64,000 nucleotides of DNA from Paraspadella gotoi (lineage: Eukaryota > Animalia > Chaetognatha): NCBI GenBank assembly GCA_051294375.1, contig CM119270.1, positions 4,534,152-4,598,151 on the forward strand, given 5' to 3'. This document shows positions 29,245 through 41,586 of this stretch, in pieces (positions within the stretch are counted from its first letter, which is position 1; each line of letters begins with the position of its first letter). The notes under the pieces are model-generated. The model had not been told where the DNA came from. It was given only the letters and a program-made list of their open reading frames with translations, and did no database searches. A program made the position numbers and the translations under genes.

Positions 29245-29519
29245 CTCGCTCTCTAAAAAAAAAATATATTTTTGTAACCTTTTATAAACTTTTTTCCGTT
29301 CGAATTTTCAACCCGAATTGACTATCGGCAGTCGGAAAAAATGATCAAAACATACAAAGACATTCTTTGAAAAGGATACTGACCACAAATACCCCGCTGC
29401 ATTTAACTTCAGTGATACTGAGGTTTTCTGCAGCGGTCCGCCCGTAGCAACGCTTCGACATGACGTGATGAATGAGCGCCTCCCTCGCCTCCTCCTCGGA
29501 GAGTTGGGGCAGGATGCGC
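26718..29519 (-). CDS. SSUH2: Protein SSUH2 homolog (DnaJ-type CxxCxGxG zinc-finger repeats without a J domain); at least 10 exons
   Basis: Manually spliced GT-AG exons: 29519-29384 (RILPQLSEEEAREALIHHVMSKRCYGRTAAENLSITEVKCSGVFV), 28983-28924 (YELWTMTESRKTEWVTVPFK), 28743-28615 (..PEIWEIDVRPPRAFKSGSKDVEVPHTAYVT), 28481-28416 (CGRCHGKK), 28071-27937 (CRWCDGLG), 27827-27784 (CMKCHGLG), 27715-27623 (CNRCKGNG..CDNCNGKGQLKHYMKLTVTW), 27542-27440, 27288-27172 and 26871-26718 (KHSVRVVPVSE..FYVFG). Intron phases are compatible. The last exon needs ~4 single-base indel corrections to read GLEKRVYAPDYPQKHCLGICNIL*. The motifs match the SSUH2 family as I recall it. Confidence 0.88.
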
Positions 29520-29844
29520 CTGGGAGATTGGGGATTGGGNNNNNNNNNNNNNNNNNNNNNNNNNGATTATTTCCTCCATCAAGTTATCAAGTCGCTTTTA
29601 TCAATAATTTTCATTAACCGAGAAATCAAATCATTATAGACGTTAAATCTTAGAGGGTAAAATGGTTACGACCCATTTTTTTCACTCCAGAAATGTTTAA
29701 TTACACCGAAAATAAAATTTGTAAAAGAACTTTTTTTCTTTTATTTGGTTTCCGACTTTCTCTCTGTTATCACTTCTTGCACTCTACATTCTTTTTTCCT
29801 GCTCAATTTTTTTCTTTATCCAATCTCATTCCTCTCTTATTTTT

Positions 29845-29880
<36 letters not shown>

Positions 29881-29979
29881 GTCTTCTCTCTCTCTCTCTC
29901 TCTCTCTGCCCTCTCTTCTTGATCCCATCTCTCCCATCAACAAGCCTAAATCTATGAACCCATTTTTCCGTTGTTTAAC

Positions 29980-31078
29980 TTGGGTTTGAGCGTCCTCTCC
30001 TCTGGCCAACGCCTCTCTACTCTCTTCCTCTCTCTTCTCTGTCTCTTCTCTCTCTCTCTCTCTCCTGAATAGTTCGACACCATTTCTCGCACTGAAGTTT
30101 ATTCAATTTTTTTTCTTTAATTGATTTTGTGATTCTGTCATTTTGTGTGTTATTCAGTGAATAAAAAAAAACCTCGGAACTAAGATTGATGACCGCGTGA
30201 AAACTTTTCAGAGACGAGACGACGACGACGACGACGACGACGACAGAAGACGAACAAAATCGCTGATTTTTCTTAAATTCAACTGATTTCCCTCTTAATT
30301 ACATGAAAATTGGGCAGCCAATATAACTAACACAATTATCCATTCATTAAATAAATAAGCTATCTTGTTTCATTGTTGCAGAGTGTTCATGTTCAATGTT
30401 AAGACTTTGGACAGGCTATAGTCGGCCTCCTTCTCTATTATCATCTCCAAAAGAACCGAACAATAAAATGAGTTTTAAATTGATTTAAGAACTGGTTTCA
30501 AATGTACAAGTCTTAGAATCCTTATTTAGTATTTTTTAAGTATTATTTATCAATATCTTTGTAGAAACTACATATTTCTTATACAAATAAGAATTCATTA
30601 AATCCATTCGTTAATTCCTGTAAAATTGATATAAATCTTCCATTCTTCAATAAGACCTCTAAGTTCTATTTTCTTTCTCATTTTCAATTGAATTTCTTTG
30701 TAAATTAATTTATCGGTTCATTCAAATGTCCGTGACTTTGCATCTTTGTCCTCCAATTTAAAAGTATCATAGGATTTTGCTTTTTAAATTTAAAATTAAA
30801 AGTTTTAAATGGATGCGCCCGTTTTTCTTAATTGAAGGTTTCTCGTTTGTATATCATATTACGGTATATTAGTCAAAAAAGGAAATATTATTATGTAATA
30901 GAGAATAAAAGAGATATTAAGAATGACGATTGTATTAAGGGACGTGCTTGGTACGAATGTACGAATCTGAGAAAGAAAACTTTTTTTCTTCGAAAAAAAA
31001 GTGAAGTTCCCGGCCAGATTTCATCTTGCACAAATCACTTCGGAGAGTCGTGCGGCATATGGGGTGTGAATACGAGAG

Positions 31079-31171
<93 letters not shown>

Positions 31172-32796
31172 CGAGATGTGAAATGCGTTTTGTTTTCGCG
31201 ATAATTGAGTCCAGCTTTGATTTTTTGAAGGCAAAAAACTTGAGTAGTTTCGTCTGGGGATTATCATCATCATCAATCATAATCATCATCAATCGTAGTC
31301 GTGATTGTCGTCGTTGTCTTCGTCGTTAAATTAGTGATATAATCAATTAATCATGAATGTACTTCATCATCAATTATCTTTATCTTATCATTTAATCTTT
31401 TCGCGTTTTTCCTCACGAAAGATTAATCCAAATTCAGTGAGTGAAGAACGAGTGAAGCTTCGGATTACACTGGGAGGCTTCCACTGATTTACGATATACC
31501 GAGCAGCATCGACGGATTCATTAAACTCACATCGCACGATTCAACTACTCACTTCACTCTTGATACGATGATGTGATATATAAAAAATTATTGATAAATT
31601 GAGCTAATAATACAATTGCTTCTGTAACAAAGAAATGAATTATTTTTTTAGGTTTTATGTACGTATTTAACTAGCTTTCGGAGATTTTTTATTTAAAAGT
31701 TATATTTTAAGAAGCGAATGGGTTGAGGAATGAGAAAATGTCCAACTATAAACAAATTTAAGTTTTAAATAGTTTTTTCAAAAATTACGCGAAAAAACCG
31801 CCTCTTTTTTATCGTTGGATTGTAAACTTTCCATATTTAGTGTTTTTCAGAAACTCGAGGCTCGCGAATAAAAACAAAGTCATAAAATGAGAAAAAAATT
31901 TTGGAGAAACAATTTGAAGATTTAACAATAAAAGATCATTTTAAAGGATAAATGATATTGGAAGAATAGAAAATACCTAAATTTACAAGGAATAAACGGA
32001 AAAGTGATACTGTGGCAAGTGGTCACTCTAAAAATGAGAAAAGTTTACGACAGGTCAAAGATATTTCTCACTCTCTCTGTCTCTCGTCTTATTTTTTTCT
32101 CCCCTTTTCCTCCCACGTTAATCATCATCTTTGTTCTCTCTCTCTCTTCTCTCATCTCTCTCATCTCTCTCTTCTGTCTCTCTCTCTCTCTCTCCTCTCT
32201 GCTTCCTTCATTTTTTCTCCTCCTATTCTCTTGTTTATCCTGGGAATAATTAGATAAGGTCGAGGTCCAGGCGGGTGAGATTAAAGTGGTTTCTCTCTTC
32301 GTCTCTCGTCTCTCTCTCGTCTCGTCTCTCTCTCTCTCTCATCTCTCTCTTCGTGTCTGGCTCTTGTCTCCTAACGACGTATCTGCCTTAAGGCATCTTT
32401 CCTTTTGGCATCTCCCAATCGGCATCTTGCTCTGGCATCATGTCGCTACAACGAAGATTTCGCAGTTTTGGAGGTCAAAGTGATCAAAGTGATCACAGTG
32501 GATCAAAGTACAGTTTAAAAACACAATACATATTACTAAATACCTTAGGGAGGTGTCCTTTATACGAATTGTTTATACAATATTTTATACTTCATTGATG
32601 GATGATCTGGGCGCAAACACTAATTAAAAATTCGTACTTTTCAATTTTTGTTTGATCCTTTTTTTTTTCTCTCTTTAATCGCAAACAAAATGTCAATTGT
32701 TCATTTGTCTTTTTTTTTTCTCGGAACCAAAATCCGAATGTTCTGTTTTAAGTCTCTCGTCGAGAGATCGACAATGTGGAATAAGTGATTCGATAT

Positions 32797-32854
<58 letters not shown>

Positions 32855-34227
32855 GCGTCCTCGGTGGCCTGAGGGTTTTTCTAAAACCCCGACTGGGAAT
32901 GAGGACCTGATCTGGACCCGAACCCGGGACCCGCACGCCGGCGCCACCCCGAAATCGGGCGTCGGACCTTGGCCGCGCCCCGAGTCCTGACCTCAGAAAT
33001 GAGAGCTTTACACCGCCTCTCATTTTACCATTTTCTGGACACCAGGGGGAAGAAGAAGGGGGGAGGAGGAAGAGGAGGAGGAGTTTAGGAAAAAGATTCG
33101 CCCTAGATTTGGAAGTGAATCTGGGGGCTGATCTTCCCGCGAATTTCAAAGTCGCGCAACTAAAACGAATCACACCCTTTAATAATCGGGTCAATCATTT
33201 CGGAGAGATACATTCGGAGCCTAAACCACCAAGCCTGTCCAAAGTTAGGGGCAGGATAGCTATTTATTAAAATGAATGGATAATTCGACGTGTCGATAAA
33301 GGCTTTAAATAATGTTGTTCTTTTTTGGGGTTAACTCGTCTGTCTTTTTAATGACCTTTTCAATAATTTTCATTTTTAATTTTTATTTTCTACTGTGACC
33401 CTTTAATATAGTTCATATTTATAGTTCATAGTAGTATAGTATTGAAATTGGTACACCATATAAAAATTTAAAAAAATAACACACATACGTAGTTCTTAAA
33501 TAACAGGAAACCGCTTGATTAAATGCTTCAGTAAACCGGCCGTTTTTACAACATTACAATGAATTAGATATTTCAGTAACAGCAAAGTTGTCGCCAACTG
33601 AGCTTTTGGGATCGATTATTTTCTTTACATAACATACATTACATTACAGCAATACTGCCAGAGTCAAACTGTCTGTTGAGTTCTTAATTCAATTTTCAAG
33701 GTCTTTTTTTATGTTATTATCTTGTGAGAGGGATGAGGCCCTAAAAACCCAACATGGCCTGTCCAAAGGAAGGCAAGATACCGTAATCGAATAAATATTT
33801 TTTATATTGGTTTGTATCAATTTTGAATTTAACAATTCATTTACATTAAATTATCCTTTATCTCTCCTTCTTAATCTACCCAGAATTTGACTAGACTAAG
33901 CGACAGAAGTCCAGCACCCTCACCCACCTCACCTCCCCCCAATTTATACTCACCCTTCTTCTTCGGCTGGAACGACTCACCAACTTCCTCAACCCCTTGG
34001 CTGCTCCAGCTCCAGCTCGCCCTCTGACGAACGAATTGGCCCGAATCGCTCGCTGAATCGAGATCCCTCGCTTTCCGTCGCGCGACGAAGTCGGTCCAGT
34101 TGATCCTTGAGACGCGGATGAGTCGAAGCTCCGTCAAGTACATCGTCAATTCGGAGAGGCGTTTCAACGAAAGTTCTGAAGGGGGTGTTGCACGATGTTG
34201 ATAGGGAGATTCTATCTGTTTGTTTTT

Positions 34228-34326
<99 letters not shown>

Positions 34327-35082
34327 CGGTCGTGGATAGGTTTTTCTTCTTTTTTTTTTTTTTTTTTTTTGTTTTTTTTTTTTTTTTTTTTTTTCGTCAG
34401 CTCGTCCCATCCATTCCCAGTTCCCATCTCCTACCCATCCCCAATCTCCCATTTCCCCATCTCCCTACCCCGTCAACCCCAATCCCCAATCCCAAATCCC
34501 CAGATCCCGTAATTGGGTTTAATTATCGATCTTTCGCTTCTCTTTTTTTTCTTCTTCGCCTTCGAATATTTTTTTTCTTTTGAATTTCAATCGATTTTTT
34601 TTTTCTCATTTTTTTTTAGGAGGAAGGAAATACATGCGTAGCGAGTTTTGGGAATAGTTATTCTTTTTTTTTCAAATGCGAGATGAAGGGATTCGGAAAT
34701 GCTTAGAGGAAAAGTTTTTTTAGATTAACTCGCAAAATATCTTCGGATCGTCGAAGTAATGTTATGTTGTTTTTTTTTTTAAATAACTCTAATTATTTAA
34801 AAATAACTCGTGTTTAATAATATAATTATTGTTTGAAACAAACTTACTTGACGTTGTTAAATGCCATGTTCTCGAACGCCACCGACAAGCGCCGCACGAG
34901 CTTCTGAAAATTTAATATAAAAAATGCAAATTTATATCAAACGTCCTTATATTTTCTTTTTTTTTAGTCTCTAAAGAGAAGAAATAATTATAATCTTATG
35001 AATTAATATTAACAAGAATATATATATATATTAGAAGTTTAAATTCGTCATCTTAAATTGTTTGATTGTGGTCCGGGATACC

Positions 35083-35148
<66 letters not shown>

Positions 35149-35636
35149 GTGACTCTGTCTCACCCATTTCCATTTCCCGCCATCTTCGTGATCGTGAATC
35201 GACGTCTTTTCTTCGCCACAAATTCCTTCTTTTTTCAATTGTTCAACGACCATAATTAGTTTTTAATGAAGCTTCTTATTTTCCTTAAGTTAAATATCGT
35301 TAAGTCATTTTAAAATCTCGTTTACGTCGCGCGAGATATTTACAACGAAATTATGTTTTTTTGTTAATTCTTAAAATTTTATTACGTATATCTGCGTATA
35401 TTTTTGTCACTATTTTTTTTTCATTATTTCTTCATGTAATCGGTCTCCTCTCCTCTCTCTCTCTCCTCTCCTCTCCTCTTCTCTCTCATCTATCTATCTC
35501 CTCTCTCTCTTCTCTCTCTCTTACAGTCCTCTCCTCTCTAATCGTCTCTGCTTCTCTCTCACCTTTCTTCCTCTCACAGTCACTCTAGCTCCCAAAAGTC
35601 ATTCTCTCTCTCCTCTTCTCACCTTCCTTCTCTCTC

Positions 35637-35671
<35 letters not shown>

Positions 35672-36587
35672 CTTTTTCTCAACTTTCTCTCACAAGCACT
35701 CTAACTCCCAAAGGCATCTCTCTCTCTCTCTCTCCTCTCTCTCCTCTCTCTCTCAATCTCTCTCTCTTCCCTCTCGTCTCTCTCTCTCTCTCTCTATCAA
35801 CCTCCGATGCCATCCCAAGAGCGATGGTGGGCGGCACGTTGGACCGATCGATTGAAAACTCAAGAGTGCCGAAAATCGGAGTCGGACTACAATTGGAAGG
35901 AAATTTGAAAGAGAAGTGAAGGAGAGTGGAAAATGTGTAAACCGAAGTGGAAATAGAAGTGGCATTCGAATACTGGAATGGAAGTCGGAAATAGAAGTGG
36001 AAATAAAAGTTCGAAATGAAACTCGGGAATGGCGAAGCTGGAAAATAGAAGTGTAAAATTAAAAACTGGAAATTTATGGAACTGGAAAAGGAACTGCAAA
36101 AGGAACAAGCGGTAAAGAATGATAGATGGATGATGGTAAAACTGGGAACTCGAAATGAAGTGGAATTTTTGAATGGAACTGGAAATTGAAACGGAATTGA
36201 AAATGGAACTGGTAATTATGATAGAAGTATGGTGAGCGGTAAAAACTGAAACTGGAAATTGAAATGGAATTTGAGAATGAGATAGGAAGAGGTTGAATTG
36301 GCAATGAATGATGAGATCGTATGAATGATGATAGATGTGATGATGATGATGAATGATGATGAATGATTGATGAGATATGATGATGATGATGGTGATGATG
36401 ATCGATAAGAAGACGATCACGAATTATGAGGGATTGATTTTGGATGAGTCTCCATCTTGCTCTCATATCGACAGAAGGGATTTTTTTTTCGTTCCTATTG
36501 GATCTTGAAAAGAGAGGAAGAAGAGAAGAAAGGAGAGAAGAGAGAGGAGAGAGAGAGAGAGGAGAGAGAGAGAGAAGAGAGAGAGAG

Positions 36588-36625
<38 letters not shown>

Positions 36626-38948
36626 GTAGAGAGACTAATTTATTTGTGATGATTCCGCGATTCCCAGCAGAGGAAAAAAGGAGACGAAAAAAGATGTTGA
36701 GGGAGAAATTATTATCGAATCCAACTTTAAAAAGATGGGTCCTTGGGTCGTTAATGACAGATGATGAGGAAAATCTGATGGGAATTGTGATAGATATGTG
36801 ATAAAGTTGTGATTGAATCGTCGTTTCATATCATTTGCTATTTGTGGACTTCTAAAGCGCGAGGGAGAATTTAACAAAAAAAATACAAGGAAATAGTTTG
36901 GATAGTTTTTCAATATTATATTATTATTATTATTATTATTATAATTATTATTATTATTATTATATTTACTAGTTAACGGACGTAAAAGACGTCAAAAAAT
37001 ATAAGTTAATCAAAGATGTGAATTTGAAGTCAAATAGTGATCCTAGGAGAGGCTAAGAGCGCCGAGCGGGCATAGCGCCAAAAAATCAGATCGGATTAAA
37101 GATTCGGTGACTGAGAAATAAAAAGAGAAGGAGAAGTGATAGGATTAATGTTATTAATAATAAATTATTAAATATTAGAAATAATTTCAGGCATTGAAAT
37201 AATAAATTGAGACCGTCACAAAATGAAACCAATAAAATAAATAAATATGAAATATATTGATTTAATATCACTTTGGTTTTGTCAAAAAGTTCTCTTTCAA
37301 AGCTCGGTCAAAAATGAAAAAAAAAACGATTCTTATGCTAGCAATTTAAACGATAAATATTTTCGGAAAGCACTTCATTTCATCGTTAATTCAGAGGTGA
37401 ATTGGTTTTTAATGTTTAATGTTAGGGATATTAGCCTTAGGAATTTGCTTAGGTATTAGCTTAAAGATATGTTAAATAGATCATTTAAATAAGGTAAGTG
37501 AATCTCGAACTTACCCAATCAAATCTTGCGACGTTTTGTTCCCATTTTCACTTAAAAAAAACTTCCTCTTCTTCTTCTTCTTCTCCTTCTTCTTCTTCTT
37601 TTTTCGACGTCGATGTCTTTTTGTTTTTCGCCGAAATCGTGTCTTTTGGGCGCCGACAGTTGGAGATGCTAACAACTTGCGACGAAATGCAACCAAAATG
37701 CGACGAAAAATGCGACCAAATGCGACGAAAGCTGGTCTCCTCCGATCTGTGGTCAGCTTGCGATTCTGGAAGAAAAGTGATCGAGTGGAAAGAGGCTCAA
37801 CGTATCTGATTCTTAATCTTATGACTCTTCGAGAGATAATCTTCCTCTGATTCCTGTACCAACTCTCATTTGTTCCTGTTCCATTGCCACTGTTTATTCG
37901 TTCCTGTTCCACGTCACCTTTCAATTGCTACTATTCTATCAATTCCAGTTCCATGCTGACTTTCAACGCTCCCTGTTCCATATCGACTTGCATCCGTTCC
38001 TCTTGTATGCCACCTTCCATTCCTTACTCTTGTCATGCCACTATGCCGCCTTTCTCCATGTCCATGCCACTCCTTAACCCTCACCTTTCCCTAAATATAT
38101 GCGTCGAATTTCCTGCAAGAATATTTTTCTGTTTCGTTGGCAGCGATTTTTTCCGCATTTTTTTTGTTTTGTTTTTTGTTGTTGTTGTTTTCTGTTGTTT
38201 TGTTTTTTCGAAAGCTGAACTCAGCCGGGGCGGACTTCCGAAGATGTGGATTTCAGGGGCGTCGAGATTTTAAACGTTTTGTTTTTTGTTTTGTTTCGGG
38301 AAAGGCTAAAAAGGAGAGGGTGGTGTGTATGATTTGATTGACCGATTGATACCCAAACTCTAAGTCTGAGTGATTGACCGACAAAATAAATATTTATTGA
38401 TTAAATGTTTTAGATAAGATTTGACTGATTGATTATGATTAAATTGGTTGATTGATCAATTGATTTTATGATTGATTGATTAATTGATTGATTGATTCAA
38501 TTTTTGATTTAATTTTTTCCTCGAAGGCACCTGTTCGATCGGCAAGGTCTCTCTCCAACTTCCGAAGAGAGAGAATCTCCGCGACCCTCGCCCCCTCTGA
38601 CGGGGGGGGGAGGCAGAAGCTCTCGGTTCTCTTCTCCGGATCCTCTTCTCTTGGATTTCTAAGAAATAGGGGAGGGAGATGGAGTTTCTTGTCTCGTGGG
38701 GTCGGAATGTCCTCCTGTCAGGTTCTGTGGGAGCCAACGGAATGAGAATGTTTGGTCGGAGACGAAGCGAGGTCCCGGATGTTTAAATACGGATCGACGT
38801 TGTCCGTATATGATTAAAATCTTTGTTATATATCGATCGAGTCCGACCCGGGATATGAAAGTGGATTGGCTTATGATGGAGCTTTTTCTTTATTTTAATT
38901 TCGCAGAGATGATTGAGGGTTTCATGGGACGCGGCTGTGTGGGCGGAT

Positions 38949-38979
<31 letters not shown>

Positions 38980-39030
38980 CCGTTATCCGCTGAGATTCCG
39001 AGCTTTAAAACCGAGTTCCGAAATTTCGCC
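29980..39030 (-). CDS. Probable additional coding exons, either an N-terminal extension of SSUH2 or a separate unknown gene; not fully resolved
   Basis: GC-richer blocks with minus-strand splice signals: ~38737-38531 (..SRRFSLFGSWRETLPIEQ|GT), ~37766-37515 (ends ..QDLIG|GTAAGT), ~35253-35164 (..KWKW|GTGAGA), ~34903-34848 (KLVRRLSVAFENMAFNNV|GTAAGT), ~34214-33980 (..LSLKRLSELTMYLTELRLIRVSRINWTDFVARRK..EEVG|GTGAGT), ~33190-32850 and ~30064-29980. No domain is recognised. Confidence 0.4.
34229..34394. repeat. Very long poly(T) tract (~97 T) plus a second interrupted T-run
   Basis: Direct observation. Confidence 0.95.
35890..36300. repeat. Degenerate 6-bp-period repeat (GGAAAT/GGAACT/GAAGTG)
   Basis: Recurring TGGAAATAGAAG and TGGAACTGGAAATTGAA units. 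A loosely complementary TTCC-rich tract lies at 37850-38090. Confidence 0.6.
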
Positions 39031-39219
39031 TGAGGGGAAAAAAAGTTCGTAATAAGTATACATAAAAAAGTTAAAGGTTAATAGTGAGGCGCCTCATTAG
39101 CAAACATTCAAATTATTGTAAAACTTTCCCGAAAAAAATATGTTAACATTTAAACGCAAAGAAAAAATTCCAAAAGTCTTTTAATAAGAAATTGCAAAGC
39201 ATTATGACGAACCGAATTC

Positions 39220-39232
39220 GTTGCTAAGCAAC
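39220..39232. promoter_or_regulatory. RFX X-box
   Basis: GTTGCTAAGCAAC matches the X-box consensus GTNRCC/T-N0-3-RGYAAC. It lies between the divergently oriented minus-strand gene and the GPCR. Confidence 0.5.
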
Positions 39233-39589
39233 GCGCTTCAATGCGCGATTCTCTTCTTTTTTTTACTTGATCAGAATGAATTATTGATTTGTGTTTCGAC
39301 ATCAAAAGAATCAATTATTCCATGAATGATTTAGCTTCGGTATCTACGTAATTTTATCTTTCCCCTTCACTTTCCATCTTCTCTTATTGTAACATTTTTT
39401 TATTTAGTTTTATTTTGATTTTGTTTTTATACTTCAAACCTTAAAATCTATAAAAACTATTCTAAATATTTATTGTTCGTTAATAAACACTCTTCATGTT
39501 CATAAAAGTCATTCGTTGTTTATTTTTCCTTCATCCAATTGAGTCATTTCCCGACCAACGAATGACTTTATTTCTTATATAACCCTTCT

Positions 39590-39652
39590 GCACAGTGGCT
39601 AATACCCAAACCGGCACAGAGGCTAATGCCCCAAACCGGCACAGTGGCTAAT
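39590..39652. repeat. ~24-bp tandem repeat, 2.5 copies
   Basis: GCACAGwGGCTAATrCCC(C)AAACCG repeated. Confidence 0.8.
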
Positions 39653-40136
39653 TGAGTCGATCTCCGCTATTTTGAATCTCAACCCGCATCTCGTCTTCAT
39701 CGGATGTGAAGACTCGATTTCAAACATTTTCGTCCAACTGAATTTAAGTTCGATAAAAAGTTTCGACGCTTCCTTTTAATTCAAGTAAAAAAAGTCACGA
39801 AATCCACTTTTCGTTCAGTCAAACGTCTGCGCCCTGACCAGTGATCAGTCACCAGTGACCAGTAACCAGCAGCCGTTTGTGAATGTTTTTTTTTGTGAAG
39901 ATTAAAAAAAAAAAACTGACTCCCGTCAAAAAATATTCATCACGTTTTGAAAAATTGATCCTACTTATTTTACAGCGTGAAACAAAAACCCGTTTGACTC
40001 GTGATGCTCTCACCATTGGAATGAGGATCTTTCCTTTAGTGATTTTTGGTCTTTTCTCGCCATAAACCAAGAGGTCCTTGATTCCAGACCGCCGGCGAAG
40101 TCTCACCAATCGAGACTCACCTCTCCCAACCCGACC

Positions 40137-40149
40137 GTTGCTAAGCGAC
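40137..40149. promoter_or_regulatory. RFX X-box about 30 bp upstream of the GPCR ATG
   Basis: GTTGCTAAGCGAC, one mismatch from the 39220 motif. Confidence 0.45.
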
Positions 40150-40177
40150 GACGACTCAAACCCTGACCCCCCTGAAA

Positions 40178-40444
40178 ATGAACAACTCATCTTGCGGAGA
40201 TAAACTCGAGATCTCGGACGAAACGTGTTCCCTCATCAACTCCTCAGAGTTCGGGATCAACTTCGACTGGGAGCGGCGCTCCTGCCCCTTTTACGGATCC
40301 CAGGGATACTGGACCTATTTGAGGGGGCACTTTCTCATATTTCTCGCCTGCGTGGGTAAGTTAAAAGGAGGCATTTTGTCGTTATTATCAATATCATCAT
40401 CATCAACATCAACATCATCTAATAAACAATTGAGTCATCTCCAT

Positions 40445-40483
<39 letters not shown>

Positions 40484-41553
40484 GGACCATAACGATTTCA
40501 TTCTCTTCATTCCCTTCCACATCCCCCTTCGAAGGCATCGTCTTGAACCTCTTCAACATCCCAATCCTCAAGTGGGTCTACTACGAGAAACAAAAGATCT
40601 TCTGGGGTCTTCTCACAGCACTCGCCCTCTCTGATGTAGTCGAGAACGTCATCTACATCACGACTTACTCCGTCACTTACGTCGACCCGGACGGTCATTA
40701 CATCAACGTCTTTTTTCTCAGCAATCAGCCATGGGAAGTAAATTATCAATAGACATTCATTAATTCATTAATTCATTCATTTACTTTTAAAATTCATCTA
40801 TTGATTGATTGATTGATTGATTGATTTTTTCATTCATTCATTTATGTATTCATTCATTCTCTCAATCATGTACACATCTATTCGTATTAGCATTCATTAA
40901 TTCTTTCATTCAATCATTCATTCATATAGTCATTTCATTTATTCCTATTTCGGTTCACAGGATTTTGACCTTGACCTCGATGACGATGACCTTCAACCGA
41001 TGGATCATCGTGGTTCTGACCGGAAATCGATGCTACATCATGAGGAAGGCCTCGACGGGCGTCACTTATCAGGAGAGCTTCACCAAGATACTCAAGGTGT
41101 GGGGTGGCGGAGTTAGGGGGAGAGAGGAAGGAAGGTGGGAGAGGAAAAAAAAAAACAAAGAAAATAAAGGGAAAGTACAATAAAGAAAAGAAAACATATT
41201 TAACCAAAGGATGAGAGAGAAAAAAAAATATTGAACGGGATTTAAAAGAATTGAGCTCAGCTCAGCTGGGGAAGGCATCAATCTTACCCATTCCCTTCCA
41301 TCGATGGTCCGGAGACCCAAAACCCCAACGGGTCAGATAAGGAACCCAAGTGAGCATCATACGCAACACGGATATTGCCAGACGGTCTTACAAAAAACAA
41401 CAACAGCGATATCAAAACAAGAACAACATCTACAACATCATCACATCTATCTATCAATCAACCAATCAATCAACAGACAAATTCAAAAAGTGAATTATTA
41501 ATTGAATGAACGAATGTCTAAACGAATTAATTAATTAACAAATGAATGAATGG

Positions 41554-41586
<33 letters not shown>

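Noticed and set aside
33770-33795. miR-31-like seed AGGCAAGAT (also a miR-219-like stretch at ~56600)
   Set aside because: Only partial matches, with no complementary arm forming a precursor hairpin.
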